Below, in pieces: positions 1 to 13,462 of a DNA stretch of 64,000 nt (positions within the stretch are counted from its first letter, which is position 1; every line of letters starts with the position of its first letter). The position numbers and the translations under genes were made by a program. The stretch lies in NCBI GenBank assembly GCA_001643675.2, contig LSRY02000054.1, positions 124,001 through 188,000 on the forward strand. Reading direction: 5' to 3'. This DNA comes from Monocercomonoides exilis PA203 (lineage: Eukaryota; Protista; Preaxostyla). The notes below the pieces were generated by a model, which worked only from the letters and a program-made list of their open reading frames with translations, was not told the DNA's origin and did no database searches.

Positions 1-1427
1 AAAAACTCTAAAAGCTACAATAGTTGCAAACAGATTGAACTTTCCGGATGAAGTTGTGGAGGAGGATTCATTATTTGATACTAATTTAGCGGAGCCTACT
101 GTTTATCACAATGTTCAATTAAAAGATAGTGAATGGAACATTCGGATGATCATAGAAACATTCAACACTTATGTTTTGGAGGTGATAAAATATTCTTGGA
201 GTTTATTGCATTGTCCATATTTGTTTGCAAATAAAACTGAATAGGATGGCAGCAGAAAAATACATCAAAAGTGAAAATATTAAAAAGGAAAAAGGGGAGA
301 CTGCATTATCAGCAGCTCGAAATTATATTTGTCAACAATTAACTGATGTAAAATTGGATGTCATTTCCATCGCAGCAAAATATTTGGAGCATATCAAGGA
401 ATATTTGGATGGAGACGTTATATTGGATATCAAATCAGCAAAGGTGAGAACGAAACTACGAGAGGAAAGAAAAAAAAAAACTTTTCAAAGAGAATCGATC
501 AATGTTCATGTATTCAAAAACAAAAAATGAATTATTGATCAAATTATTCGTTTGCCATAACGAAAAATAACAACTTCATACAGAAAAATATTTCTTAAAA
601 TTAGAGGATAAAAATTTATTGAATATTTTTCTTTCATTTATTAAAAAATTTCTCTCTTTGAATATTCAAAAAATTAATGATAATTTTCAAAAATTTGATA
701 ATAACAAATTGTGAATAAAAGATCTTCAAAAAAATAGCATTTCACATTGCCAAAAGTAAAATTTTCAAAAAGATGGAACAATAGAAATTAAAAACAGATT
801 TCTAAAAATACCTGAAAATTATTCTTATTAACATAACAAACTAACTCACAATAATATGAACATCTTAAAATCTAAGATTTATTTCCAAGACTTAAAAAAC
901 ATTTTAAATAAATACTTTTTAAATATCAAATTGATCTATTTTTAAATCCTTCTTTCATTTCACAAACTAATTTTATCATCCATTTTCTTTACAAATAAAA
1001 TTTAAAAAATTACAAAATATTTCTATTCATATTTTACCAAAAATTTTTATAATTAAATATAATTTTTTAATATCATCAAATTTCTAAATAAAGAATTTTT
1101 ATATATAAAACAAAAATTTTCACAAATAAAAAATTTTTATATTGATCATCGAATATAATCTTTCGAAAAAATAAATATTAAATGATAATTTCCATCTATA
1201 TAAAACTTTGAAATAACATCTTTATAAATTGAAATTATCAGACAAAAAAATATTCATTAATTCGAAAAAATTAAATTACAATTGAAATTATTTGTCTTCA
1301 ATTGTTCTTATAAACAGAATTGGTAATTTTTTACTTTTTCATGTTATTTAAACAATTAATTAAAATCTAGATATATATAAATTGATAAATGAATACACTT
1401 TGTTTGATTTTTTATTTATTATTGTTA

Positions 1428-2405
1428 AACCAAAAATATTTCAAATTCGAAAAAAGTAATTCATTTTCGAAAAAGAATAACTCAAAATCGGTATTAATAA
1501 TTTAATTTCGTAATTAATAATTCGAATTCGAAAAAGAATAATTCGATTTCGGAATTAATAATTCAAAATCGAAAATTAATAATTCGATTTCGGAATTAAT
1601 AATTCAAAATCGAAAATTAATAATTCGATTTCGGAATTAATAATTCAAAATCGAAAATTAATAATTCGATTTCGGAATTAATAATTCAAAATCGAAAATT
1701 AATAATTCAATTTCGTAATTTATTAATTCGATTTCGAAAAAGAATAATTCAATTTCGAAATGAAAAATATTTTGATTTGTGGAATGAATAACTTGTGTTT
1801 TGTGTTTTGAATTCTCATTATTTTTATTTCATCAGTTCACTTTGCTTATCTATATTTGAAAAATGATGCATTTTCTTCAAATAATTTTCATTCATTTTGA
1901 TTGAAAATATTTTGTTTTGAAGTATATTTGAAAAGAAAATGAATTCATTTTTGTATTTAAAATTGATGATTTTAATATATTTACCAAAGTAAAAAAAATA
2001 TTTTTATTGGTAAAAAATTCTTGTTTTTTGTTATTCAATAAACGTGATTGAAATTGACATATTTTTATTTTTTTATTCAATTCCATGAATTTTTTGTAAT
2101 TTCTGTCATTTCGGTGATGATTTTCGAAAATGAATAAAAATTTAAAAAATTGATTTATTGATTATTGTTATAAAAAAAACAGTTTTCTTTGAGTAATAAT
2201 GTTTGTTTGGAAAAAAATAACTTGAACTTTTCCGAAATCCATTCTCTAGAAAAATAGAAAATTTCAGTTTTTAATGAATTTCGAAATTGAAATATTCATT
2301 TTCGAAATTGAATTATTCTTTTCGAAATCTAATTAATAAATTACGAAATTGAATTATTCTTTTTCGAAAATGGATTGTTTTTTTCGAATTAGAATTATTT
2401 TTGGT
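1428..2405. mobile_element. Foldback-like non-autonomous element: long inverted arms built from ~20-nt subrepeats
   Basis: The reverse complement of 2280-2405 (accaaaaataattctaattcgaaaaaaaacaatccattttcgaaaaagaataattcaatttcgtaatttattaatt...) matches 1428-1480 plus 1700-1760. The left arm also holds an expanded tandem array. No coding sequence inside. Confidence 0.6.
1495..1760. repeat. Tandem minisatellite, 41-bp unit of two ~20-nt subunits (aataattcgatttcggaatt + aataattcaaaatcgaaaatt)
   Basis: About 4 near-identical copies at ~1538-1701 with degenerate copies on both sides. Confidence 0.9.
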
Positions 2406-2785
2406 GTATTACTTTAAGTTATATAAATTTTGAAATTGAATTAATTAATATTTAGTTATAAAATATCATAAAAAAGAATTATAAAGTGAAAATAAAAAAT
2501 TGGAAAAATTGCATTAGAAAATATATTTAATTCAATTTCAATGAAATAATATTTATTCTCATGGTAAATGCGAAAATTTATTTTGAAGTTAATAATATAT
2601 TTGTTGAAAAGTTATTTTTATATTGCTTTGGTGAATGAAATTTATGCATTTTTATAATTCATTTATTTCAACTTCTTTCAATTTCTGAAAGATAAATAAA
2701 AATGTTATTTAAAAATCAATTGATTTATTATTTAAAAAGAAATTTAGAAAAGATTGATGAAATTTACAAAATAGCAAAAAACAAC

Positions 2786-3150
2786 TGACATCGCACAAAA
2801 TAATGGAAAAGATCGATGTCACAATAACCACAAGAAGAAAAATTCTGACAATTTTCCTCATTAAATACCTCATCAATACAAACTCATTTGAGAAATAAAA
2901 CTTTCAAAATAGCTTCATTTGGGCTCAGAAAAATATTATTTTTTATATTTCGGAGAAATAGGATGTTGTATTTTTCCGAAATTTTCAAAATTTAGTTTTT
3001 CTGAGCCCAAATGAAGCTATTTTGAAAGTTTTATTTCTCAAATGAGTTTGTATTGATGAGGTATTTAATGAGGAAAATTGTCAGAATAATTCCTCTTGCA
3101 GTTATTGAGATATCGATCTTGTCCGGAATTTTTATTCGATATCTGTATTT
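2786..3150. repeat. Palindromic (foldback) repeat, same family as the centre of the giant palindrome
   Basis: ~90-bp essentially perfect inverted arms (2843-2932 / 2996-3086). Central tttcggagaaata-ggatgttg-tatttttccgaaa. Outer arms align with 24307-24410 and 24618-24687. Confidence 0.85.
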
Positions 3151-3254
3151 CATTTTTATTTTATTTGTTGAAACAGAAAATATGAATAAGAAGGATTTCG
3201 AATTTTTTTTTTCAGTTTTTTGTCAAAGACAAACAACCTTTGAAATATCAATTC

Positions 3255-4049
3255 CCCGAAAAAAGTTATGATTTCATAAATAATCACCCATCTGGCTAAT
3301 TTTTTTAAAAAACTTCCTTTTGTGTAATTTTCAAACAAAATAAAAATTTCATATTTCCATCAAATTTCTGTTCACACTAATAAAACTTCACTGAAAAAAA
3401 AACAAAAACCCTAACAACGTTATTAATTACGTGATGATTTTTGGAATTTTATTATTTCATTCAAAATAATCTGTTTGAAAATTTGTCTTGAATGTCAATA
3501 AAAAAACATTTGAAATAAAAAGGCTTATGAAAGATATCTACATTTTTTTTTTCTAAAACTTTGGTTTAGAATAACAATTGTGATGCATTTAGTAATAGTG
3601 CACAAAACTTCTTGCCAAAGAAGAACATTTTCAGAAAATAATCGCTCAACGAAATAAGTTATGATTTCAAAAATAATAATCCAATTACATTACAGAAAAG
3701 TTTCGAACGTGTGAACATAAATTTTATGGAAATATGAAATTTTTATTTTTTTTGAAAATTACACAAAAGGAAGTTCTAAAAAAAAATGGAAATTTTTATT
3801 ATATGGGTAATTCTTTTTGAAAAGTCGCAAATGTTTAATTTTCAAATAAATCAAAAATTTCATATAATGCTCAAATTTTTGTTGACATACACCAAACTTC
3901 TCTGATATGGAATTTATTTCTGAATAATGCTATTTTATTCATTAAAAAGATGATTCGTGAGAAGAAACAGAAATTTGAGCAAAATATTTAATTTTTGATT
4001 TATTTGAAAATTGAACATTTGCGACTTTTCAAAAATAATTACCCATATA
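3255..4049. repeat. Two adjoining MITE/foldback-like inverted repeats
   Basis: Inverted arms 3301-3377 / 3709-3786 and 3801-3878 / 3972-4049. Both are bounded by the aataatcacccat(at) motif. Confidence 0.75.
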
Positions 4050-4104
4050 GTTTTTTTTCTTTTTGAAACACAAAAGAAAAAATTTAATCATGAACTAATT
4101 ATTT

Positions 4105-4770
4105 CTTCAGTCCCGTACGAGGAAAATCTCTTCGAAGTTGACTCCAAAGTCCCTCAATCATATTGGCGCATATTTCGCTTTCTGGGTCTTTGAAATGATA
4201 TTAATGGCAGACTGTTTTGTGGCCATAACCGAAATCACTGAGAGATGAGTACTCTCTCCATTCATCACTGAAAATTATAGTTCCTGGTAAGATGTTCGCT
4301 TGAATGATTGGCAGCAATGTATCTTTTTTCCTATTAGGGACTCAGATAATAAAAAAGCTTCCTTATTTCACATCCTGAGTTCTTTGAACAGCTCCAAAAA
4401 GCCAGATCTCCTTCTTCCATCTGCCTTTGTGATAATTTCTTGTGTCCAAAATTTCTTCGTCAATTTCCACAATTGTGTTTTCACCTCCAATTGACAAAAA
4501 TGATTTTGCTGCGCTCTGTGCCATTGCTGCTGTTACAGAGGAAAAAAAACCCACTATGCTTCTATGCACACAAAGAAGGAAAGAAGTTTACGTAATTGAT
4601 TGCTTCATCCATTTGAAAAGGAAAATTTGCAGTAATTTTCCAATTCCTATTTTTTGGTTTTCAATTGACAGATATGATAGCAGGCTTATTCTTTGTAATC
4701 TGTGTGATGTGAATGAAATAATTAGTGGAAAATATATGACTTCAGGCATTTTCATAGAAAAATAATGCAC
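4105..4770 (-). pseudogene. Decayed Merlin/IS1016 (IS1595-like, ISXO2) DDE transposase
   Basis: Translation through stops: IGGENTIVEIDEE...YHKGR...IWLFGAVQR...VPNRKKDTLLPIIQANILPGTIIFSDEWREYSSL...GHKTVCH*YHFKDP...NMIEGLWSQLRR. These are the canonical ISXO2 motifs, with several in-frame stops. Confidence 0.9.
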
Positions 4771-5299
4771 TTTTCATTTTCTTTTTTATTACAAAAAACA
4801 CAATAAAAATTGGTCTATTTTTTGACATTCGTGAAAAGTTGGAAAACTTTATGTTTCGATAACAACGATGCCTGTTTACAGATATGAAAATCAAATTTTT
4901 CTTGAAATATGAAAAAGCGAAATAAAGTGATGAGTGAAGCAATTTTTCAATACCTGTGTGATTATTTTTGGAATCATAACTTTTTTCGGGGTGTCGATTT
5001 TTTATACGTAGTTTGTCATTGGGAAGTGATTATATGTTTGAATTGTTGAATTATCACAACTGAATTATTGATAAATATTTTTGCTCTAATAAAGATGATG
5101 ATGTTTCTAATTGGCCTTTACATTTTTCATTCTTCATTTGGCAGCATTCAAGGGATATTTTCGAGCCGAATTTTTTATATGGAAACATATGATATCGAAA
5201 ATAATCACCCACCTTGTGAAAAAATAGCAAAAAAGCATATTTTTTCCCAATTGTCTTCAAGAACTTCAGTGAATAATAGTCACATCAGTTGCATATATA

Positions 5300-5680
5300 T
5301 GTACACAGTTAGTATTAATAATGGAGGACACTTTCAATAACTGTGGACAGTTGCATTTTGACAATTAACCCAATTATTCCTTCATTGAATTTAAACCGAT
5401 ATGAATTATTAAAATCACTTATCCAACACAGTGATATTTCATCATAATAATTTTTTTATTTTCGGAGAAACATGAATAATCTTATTTTTCCGTGTTTCTC
5501 CGAAAAATAAAAAATATATCTTTCAATATTCTTGGGAGCAAGTTGTTTCATTTCTGCATGACTTATAAGTTTGTGTTCAATAAGGGAATAATTGGGTTAA
5601 TTGATGAAATGCAACTATCAATGGTTGTTGACATAATGCGACTGTCCACAGTTATTGAAAGTGTCCACCATTATTAACAC
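5300..5680. repeat. Palindromic (foldback) repeat with ttcggagaaa...tttctccgaa core
   Basis: Arms 5309-5350 / 5635-5677 (taataatggaggacactttcaataactgtggacagt vs actgtccacagttattgaaagtgtccaccattatta) and 5366-5390 / 5576-5599. Centre at 5461-5504. Confidence 0.8.
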
Positions 5681-5719
5681 TAACAATAATCAAGTGATTG
5701 TTCTTCTTTCGAAATGAAA

Positions 5720-6780
5720 AACATTTTAAAGAAAGGATGTGCACATAATGGTTTATGCTATTTTTTTATCAATGAAATTCATTTTATAAAGTTATTTTCA
5801 GATTGTGGATCATTCCGAGCAATCATTGCATGATGAAGAAGAAAAAAAAAATACCAGGTTAAACTGAAGCGTATTATGCAATTCAAAGTCGCAAAGCTTT
5901 TCATTTTGCAGTTTCCAAACCTTTAGACTTAACAAAAATATCTTTGCAATCATCTTGTTCTGGATAAAAATTATTCGAAGAACTTTATTTGATTGAAAAT
6001 AGCATCGAAATTAGTGCATCATGTATCTTTTATTTTGACGAAACTTCACTTCATTTTGGAGACAATTCTTGCAAACTTGTGGTTTGTTTGCAAAATCAGA
6101 AACCCCCTTCTACCCCGTTACCAAAAAAAACTTCAAACACAACTTTATGCCTTTGTGTGTATGTGCGGATGGCTCTTGTCTACCTTCATATCTTCTTTGG
6201 CCAGCAAAAAAAACACCTTCAGAATTTATCACACTTTCTTCATTCAATATCAACTATATATTTGCTTCCTCTGGCTGGATCACAACAAAAATCTTCGAAA
6301 AAATTATTTGCGAAAACTGGTTAAAACAAATTGAAGATAAAATGAAAAAAGGAGAAATAAAATCATCGTTGTCTTTTAAGAATAGCCATTCATCACATTG
6401 TGGTGAAGCCGTGGAAATATTTGTAAAAAGGAGATACATCATCATCAAATAATTTCTACCGAATTTGACTCATCTTCTTTAACCGTTCTATAATTCAATT
6501 TTTGCAAAGTTTAAAAAAAATATATAACAACAACTTCAAAATATCAACTTATCATTTTTCTTATGCATTTCGCTCCTCCATCTTCGATATTTTCCCAGAT
6601 GCTTTTTCTGCTCCAATTAAACCTACCAATACAAAACGTGCATTGAGGCAACCTGCTATTTTGCAGATGACATCATCTGGTTCTTGAAAGAATTATTTGC
6701 ACACCAGAAAAAGAAATCTCATTGAACTACAATAAGAATAAAGAGCAGCTGTTCGAAAGATTTCCTCCAAAAAAAAAAGA
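5720..6780 (+). pseudogene. Decayed pogo/Fot1-like (DDE_1) transposase, paralog of the one at 37.6-39.4 kb
   Basis: Fragments FYFDETSL, CADGSCLPSYLLWPAK, ASSGWIT, FLPNLTHLL*P across frameshifts. Intron 5751-5801 sits at the same position as in the 39-kb copy. Confidence 0.85.
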
Positions 6781-7405
6781 AAATTGAAGATGTAAAAACA
6801 AGAAATTGCGAAAATGAATCAAGTCAAAGGATGAAAGATATCAATTGTGCTTCAATTCAGCGAAATAAATAAAAGAAACAATCGAGAGAAGATTTTTCAT
6901 ATTTGAAAAGAAATGAAGAGAAAGAAGAGAAAATGGAGAAGAAAAAAAAAACAGTTGCAGGAGAAAGAGTGACAAAATGAAATGGAAAAGAAAATGCTTG
7001 TAGATCGATAATGAAGACGATGCAAATTATCAAATTGAAATCAAAAAATATTAATATAAATTCAGTGTATCATTTTTCACTGGATTCATTAACCTGACAT
7101 AAAAAACAACATAAATACAAAAGACGATTCAATGTGATGGAGAATTATCAAAGATTATCATTCGTCATTCAAATTGGAATAGTGTTACCATTTAAGAAAA
7201 TTCCATAAAGAAGACATATAAAGATTGTTTGTCGTTTTTCGATATCTGAAATTTAATCTGATAAGAAAAAAAACAAACTCATATTTAAACAAAGTTCATT
7301 TGAGTAGAAAAAAAATCGAACAACAGCTAATTGTTTCTTTCGAATGTGAGAGTATTTAGATGAAAGAAATTATCTCCATGAACTTTCAAAATTTCACACA
7401 TAATC

Positions 7406-7406
<1 letters not shown>

Positions 7407-7448
<42 letters not shown>

Positions 7449-7460
7449 AGAGAGAGAGAG
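7407..7460. repeat. Poly(A) run (~39 nt) followed by (AG)n microsatellite
   Basis: Directly visible. Confidence 0.95.
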
Positions 7461-8029
7461 AATACAATTCCTTATAAAAACTTTTTTGTATTTCGATTCG
7501 AATAGTTGATAAAAAAATGTTGAATCAGTATTTAGCCAAGATTTGATAATCACTTCAGAAACAAAACTCAGAGTTTTCTAAAAAAATTGAACTGATCATA
7601 AAACAATAATTTTTGACAATGATTTGTGAGTCATCGAATAAATTCATTGCTATTTAATTTCAAAATTTGTCAAAAAAAGTTTCACGCTTTCACATTCACA
7701 AAAAATGAATGGCGGAAATGTGATAATTTTGGAAACAAAATATAAAAAAATGTTGTTGAAAAAAGAAACAAAAAATTCATTAAGTTTGGTTGTTGATAAT
7801 TTGGAATCGAATTTATGAAAGATCCGATCGGTAAGAAAGATTGAAATTGATTTATCTTCGAAATAAAAAACGGTAAACAAAAAAAGAAAAAATTGTGAAT
7901 TTTTCGATTCATTTTCCATGTGAAGCAAAATAATATTTTTGGGTGAAAATGGTTATTTCACTTCTTTTTCTTTTATTAATGAGAGCACAAAAAATTGTGA
8001 AAATGCGTTATTGATTATTAACTTGTATT

Positions 8030-10632
8030 GATATTCTTTTCTTCATTTTGTTTTATTTCCAATTCTATAATTGCTTCGAGATCTCGTTCGGATAAAGTAT
8101 TCAATCTTTGTTTCGTGGATTACTGTCAAGGAGGAATTGTTTTCTTCATTGTCTTCTCGTTCCTTTTCTTTATCTTGGTATGCAAATTTTGTTTGTTGTT
8201 TTTGAATTTGAGCTCCTTTTTCAAATTATTTCTGTATTGATGTTTGTTCTTCGGATTGTGAACTGTAATTTGTTTCGGAATCGGATTCCACCTCAGAATC
8301 TAAATCGGACTCTGAATCAAACCCACTTTCTTCAGGTTGGAGAATAGTTGAATTGCATCTTGCTATCACGCGGGTTAGCTTGCCTGACACATCTGTTTGG
8401 ACGTAATGCTTTGTGGTTGTATTTCCTCTTGGAGAGAGTCTGGCAAACAAAGCAATTTGGTTTAGGGAATTTCCACAATCGTTTGTACAGTGATAGATGC
8501 ATGCCAAATGAGCAAGTTTGTGGACACTTCTGAATCCCTGCCTCTTGAAACATTTTCCCCGCATTTTAACAAATCCTTCTTGCAGAGAAGGTTAGATGGG
8601 TTGTTTCATTAATAAATTGAGAAGTTGCATTTGACTGAGACTCTTTGATTCTGTTTCCATGTTCCTTTGCTGAAGCGGATTGGCACGCAAGCGGCTGTTC
8701 TTTTATGAACGGGATGATAATATCTGTTCGCTTTGTTGATGTTTTTAATGATGAATCGAGTTGTATTGAATCGTCTCCAATTGTTGAATTCTGTTGGTTT
8801 ATCCTTTCCAACTCCGTAAAGCGACAGACGGAGAACAACATTCATATGGATATAGACTATTTTGTCAATTTATGAAAGTCGAGATTCCAGTTATCTCCAA
8901 GCAATGACATTTTCCACAGTTTAGTGTTTCAAATCTCTTGTTTGTCTTTTTTCTTCCTGTTTTCTGATCTTCGGAATGATTTTAATAACCTTTGTTTGAG
9001 AGCAGATTCTCCAAGGCCTCTATTGTTCAGTTATTCTGAGATGAGCAATAATGAAGCACATGTTTATCTGAGCATCGAATCCTTCGAACCTTTGTTTTTC
9101 AGGCTAATGAAAATGGAAGCACATTTTTCAACCCACTCACTCCAAGCTTCCTGTAAATCTCCGTTTCTTTCATCTTTTCATATTTCACAGAAACGCTCAT
9201 AACTATATGAAAACCCTTTCCATGTGTTTTCGGTAACGCTATTTTTGCATTCATCGATTATCCTTTCGGAATATCTTTTTGAAACAAGCATTCTCCGAAA
9301 TCATATTTCTTCTTGTGATTCAAAGGATTGATAAGGACTATTCTCATTCTGCCTTGAGGATGACTTGTTTCAGTCATTTTCATCCGCCTTCCTTTTTTCC
9401 TTCCTTCAGAACCTGGTTCTGTTCTTTCCATCTCCATTCGCAGTGCCTTGACATTCTTATCAGTAGTTCCCATATCTGCCCTCTCCAATCTGGAATCAGA
9501 AGTAGAATACGTGCTTTTTCCTCAATTGATTTTTCAATCGTTGGGACAATTAGTGGGATCGGAGGATGGGCTTAAATAACACCTCTTAGCCATGATTGCT
9601 GGAGTCAGTCCTCGTTTAGTGGACTTCCTGGACCGAACCATCTGTCCGCTTTTGTATTCCCCTTTATTGCAAACGCATCCAACGTTATTTTGAAATTGAG
9701 GTTTTCCGTGATCTCGTTTAGCTCTTCTTGTTCAATGGAGTAATTTCCCCCTCTTTTTAGCCTGGAGAGAGCATCTGCTCTGACATTCTTCGTCCCTGGC
9801 AAGTGTTGGGCTTAAATCTGAATGTTACTGTTCTGGGCAAATGTTCATATTTTAATCTTCAACTTTCTTAGGTCTGTTCGTTCATTCCATCAATTGACAT
9901 TGAAAACCGCTGTTGTATTGTCTGATCTGTTAAGAAAGCTGAAGTCTTTGTTCGCATGAAGAAGGTGTCTGAAATGGTTGAGTGTTCGATTGATTGAATT
10001 TATTCACTGCAATTCGAGCTCCGGCATCTCAACTTCCATGGAAGCGATTGATGGAAATCGTATTTCTTGTTGTTCATCTGTTGTTCCGCTCCAAAAGCTC
10101 TCTCTGATGCATCTGTCGTTTAGGTTGCTTGTAGTTGGAATATTGGACAAAGCTGTCTCGGTTTGTTCGCATTCAGTCCCGATATCCATTTTTGAACGCT
10201 CGGAAGGATTGATGGGTTGATTCTCATTTTTCCTTTCCACCCCACCTTTCTGACCATTCTGTCCAGCAGCATGAACATCGACGGAAGAAGGAGGGAAGCT
10301 CTTTGAAAACGAAGCGAGTTGCAATTAGCTTGCCAATGAAAGATGCGAAATTTCTCACTCTTGTTTGCTTGCATTTCAGAACTCGACTCCTCCATCTGTT
10401 GCATTCCATGAACAGTTCTTTCTTTCTATCTTTCTCCAAAGTTATGGCAAAGTTGGAATAATCCCTTGAATATCCGAGGAATGAAAAACGATTTGATGGT
10501 TGTATGTGGCTCTATTCCAGATTTGATTCAAATCCCAGCTTCAGGGATAGGCTTTAACTTTTTGGGCAATTCTTTTCAGGTTTCACATATCTTTATGGAG
10601 CAACACTACTTCGTCCAAATATGCGGCAGCTT
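8030..10632 (-). mobile_element. 5'-truncated, decayed DIRS-like (tyrosine-recombinase) retrotransposon: RT end, RNase H, methyltransferase-like domain, YR
   Basis: AYLDEVVLL (~10600-10630); FASFIGKLIATRF; SDNTTAVFNVN and HLPGTKNVRADALSR (RNase H); TLDAFAIKGN...AHPPIPLI...LIPDWRGQIW (DIRS MT-like); LFSVCRFTEL...FARLSPRGNTTTKHY (YR). Many stops and frameshifts. Confidence 0.85.
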
Positions 10633-10932
10633 TCACTTTTCATATTTTCCGAATGAAAACAACAATAACAAAAAGAAAGATTCAGAATGGAAAAAATTTC
10701 AACTAAAATGCAGGTGTTTGTTTTCGAAATCATAAAATTTCGATCGAGAATACTGTTTAAATGTTTTTTTCTATTATTTGTTCATGAACACAAAAAAGTG
10801 AAAATTCTAATTCGGAATATCTCTCTTTTTTTTTCTCATTTAACATAGACTTTTAATTCAATTGACATGAATTTCACATTTCAGTGATTTATTTATTTAA
10901 AAATTTTCATGTGATTTTAAATTATCAACATA

Positions 10933-11255
10933 TCGAAAAAAGTTATGATATAAAGAATATATACCCATATGTCTAAATTTTATTGAAAAATTCCTTTTGT
11001 TTAATTTTCAAATAAAGAAAAAATTTTATATTTCGATCAAATTTCTGTTCCTACTTACGAAACTTGATAAAAATGGAAATAAAAACAATGTCGAGATTGT
11101 GTTTTCATGACAGCAAAATTTGGTGAGTGGGAACAGAAATTTGATCGAAATATGAAATTTTCATTTTATTTGAAAATTAAACAAAAGGAATTATTCAAAA
11201 AAATTTTGACATATCGATGTTATTTATTTCAAGAATGAGTGATTATTATCGATAT
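10933..11255. repeat. MITE/foldback-like inverted repeat, same family as 3255-3822
   Basis: Arms 10967-11057 / 11122-11215 (aattccttttgtttaattttcaaataaa...atatttcgatcaaatttctgttcc vs ggaacagaaatttgatcgaaatat...tttatttgaaaattaaacaaaaggaatt). Similar to 3301-3377. Confidence 0.8.
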
Positions 11256-13462
11256 CAAATTTTTCACTTGAAAAATGTGAGATTGGAGAATTTTTCTTGA
11301 AAATCGAAAAAAGTACATTGATAAATGAAAAAATTACTCAAAGACATGGACATCTTTATTAGAGAATAAATATTTGTTATAATAACAGTTGTGAAAAATT
11401 ATGTTTTTGTATTCAGAACTTCTTCTTTAAGAAATGCAACAATTAAATAATCAACATCCCGAAAAAGGTTATGATTACAAAAATTATCACTCAAATATCT
11501 ATTTCAAGCACCGTCAATAATTGTCCGAATTTGTGACTCTGATTTATCAAGAAAAACGAATATGATCTGAGCTGTTATGTTTTTTATTCAACAAGAAACT
11601 TGATAATAAGTTTGCGATTCAAGTTAATTTGAATTCAAAAGTGCATATGTATCAATAAAGAAGAGCTGAATTAAATAATTATCAAATGAGTTTTAGAACA
11701 CAAGTTTCCTATTTTTGAAATTCATTTAACCTAAAATTTCCTCCCACCCCGAATCTTTTGAACAATCTTTGATGAACGCTTCTTGAATTCCTTTTTTCAG
11801 AAAATTTTAGTTAAAAAACCATTTTTGTATGTTTCTTTGAGAAAAAAATTGTAAATTTGGAGAGACCTCATTTTCATTTTTTTTTTTTTTTATTTCAAAA
11901 AGAATATTTGTTTTCAACCCGATCAATTGTAAATTAATATTTTTTATGGATCAAAAATTTGAAATCTAAATAACGATGAATAAAAATTTCTGTTTTTCAC
12001 AAAACGAACACAGGAGAAAAGAAGTCATAGTGCAGAACTACTGTTGAAAGAAATGGTTTCTAGTCACCAATCTGAAAGCTCCATCAAACGACATGTCAAT
12101 TAAGATCATCCAACTCTATTTTTTTGTTTAATTCAATGGGTATTTTCATTGTTCCAGTTGGAGTAATTTATGTTTTTATTATCATCACAATCAAAGAATT
12201 CAAAGCGATATATTTTTTGCATTGAATAAATCCAAATTCATTTTTGTTTTCATTCAAAATGAGTTGTTGATCAAGTTGATATTTGAAGAAAACCGATTCT
12301 CTGAATCATTTTTTGTTATTTTTGCTTTTGACAATTTATGAAAATGAAAAAAAAAAAAATCTGTTTTATAATCTTGATATATTTCTTTCTATATTTTCAA
12401 TCGAATCTGAAAGCTCCAAAATACAACAGGTGAATGAATATATTATGCGAAATTCATTCATTCGTCCTTTCAAACGCAATCACTGGAGAAGAGTCATGAT
12501 GAACTGGAAGAAAAAAAGAAGACCATTTTCTTTCAAAACGAATCAAAATTGTACGAGATGAAGAGTTTTGCAATGCTCCTGTGCTCGTCTTCTCATCTAA
12601 AAGATGGAAGATGAACGAAAAGCAGAACAGAGAAAAATAGAATCGGAGTTACAAAAAAGAAAGAAAGAATGAATGAATGAAAGAATAAAATATTTGATTT
12701 GTAGAGATGAAGAAGAATGGCTCCACAAAATTCTTCATTCTCCCTTCCCCAGCGAAAATGGTGATGCAAAACAATATATCATTCAAAGAATTCAAACAAC
12801 ACAAATAGCTTCAATATCAACAACATAAAAGTGAAATCGCACAATTACTGAAGCAAACAAAAAATGCAAGTGGTTGACAAATAATGAAAAACAAACAAAT
12901 ACAAATACAAATATATAAATACATAAGTGAAGAACAACATTATCCCCAACAAAAAGGAATAAAGGATAAAACAAAACAAAAAAAGAGTTTATATAAAAAT
13001 TAAATTGTTCATGTGATATATTCAAGAAAACAGAAAATATTTCGAAGCAAGCAATAATAAAAATTAATCAGAAGAAAAAAAAACCCTGGGGTTTCTGATG
13101 AATTCAAACACTGCAATTGTTTCTATATAAATGCAATCATGGGCAAGGGAAAATTATTGGCAAATGAACGAAACACACAAATCTTCTTTCAATAAAAAGT
13201 ATTTCAAAAATTTGATCAACAAAACAAAAAGGTGTTGTTGAATAGCAAATAAATTAACAAAAACAAAGTGGCGCCTTTTGCAAATATCTCTGCCCTCCGC
13301 TTTTTTGTTTGGATAAATCCAACGAAACAAAGAATAACAAATCCATTTCTGTTATTACTCATCTCTAATTCATTCTTTATTCATAAAAACATTTCTTCAT
13401 CTTTCTTTCTATTTTTCCTTTTCCCAAAACTCATCAATGCTTGCCCCACTCTCCACTCTGCA

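Noticed and set aside
35-530. Possible 3' end of a gene or transposase at the window start
   Set aside because: Coding-like but fragmented, with no recognisable motif, so a product cannot be assigned.
1495-1760. CRISPR-like array
   Set aside because: Units are contiguous with no unique spacers, the context is eukaryotic, and there are no cas genes.
5020-5260. FLYWCH/WRKY-like zinc finger remnant (ECCQMKNEKCKGQL...H-N-H) on the minus strand
   Set aside because: Short, needs a frameshift to recover the His pair, and overlaps a non-coding repeat motif. Not supportable without a profile search.
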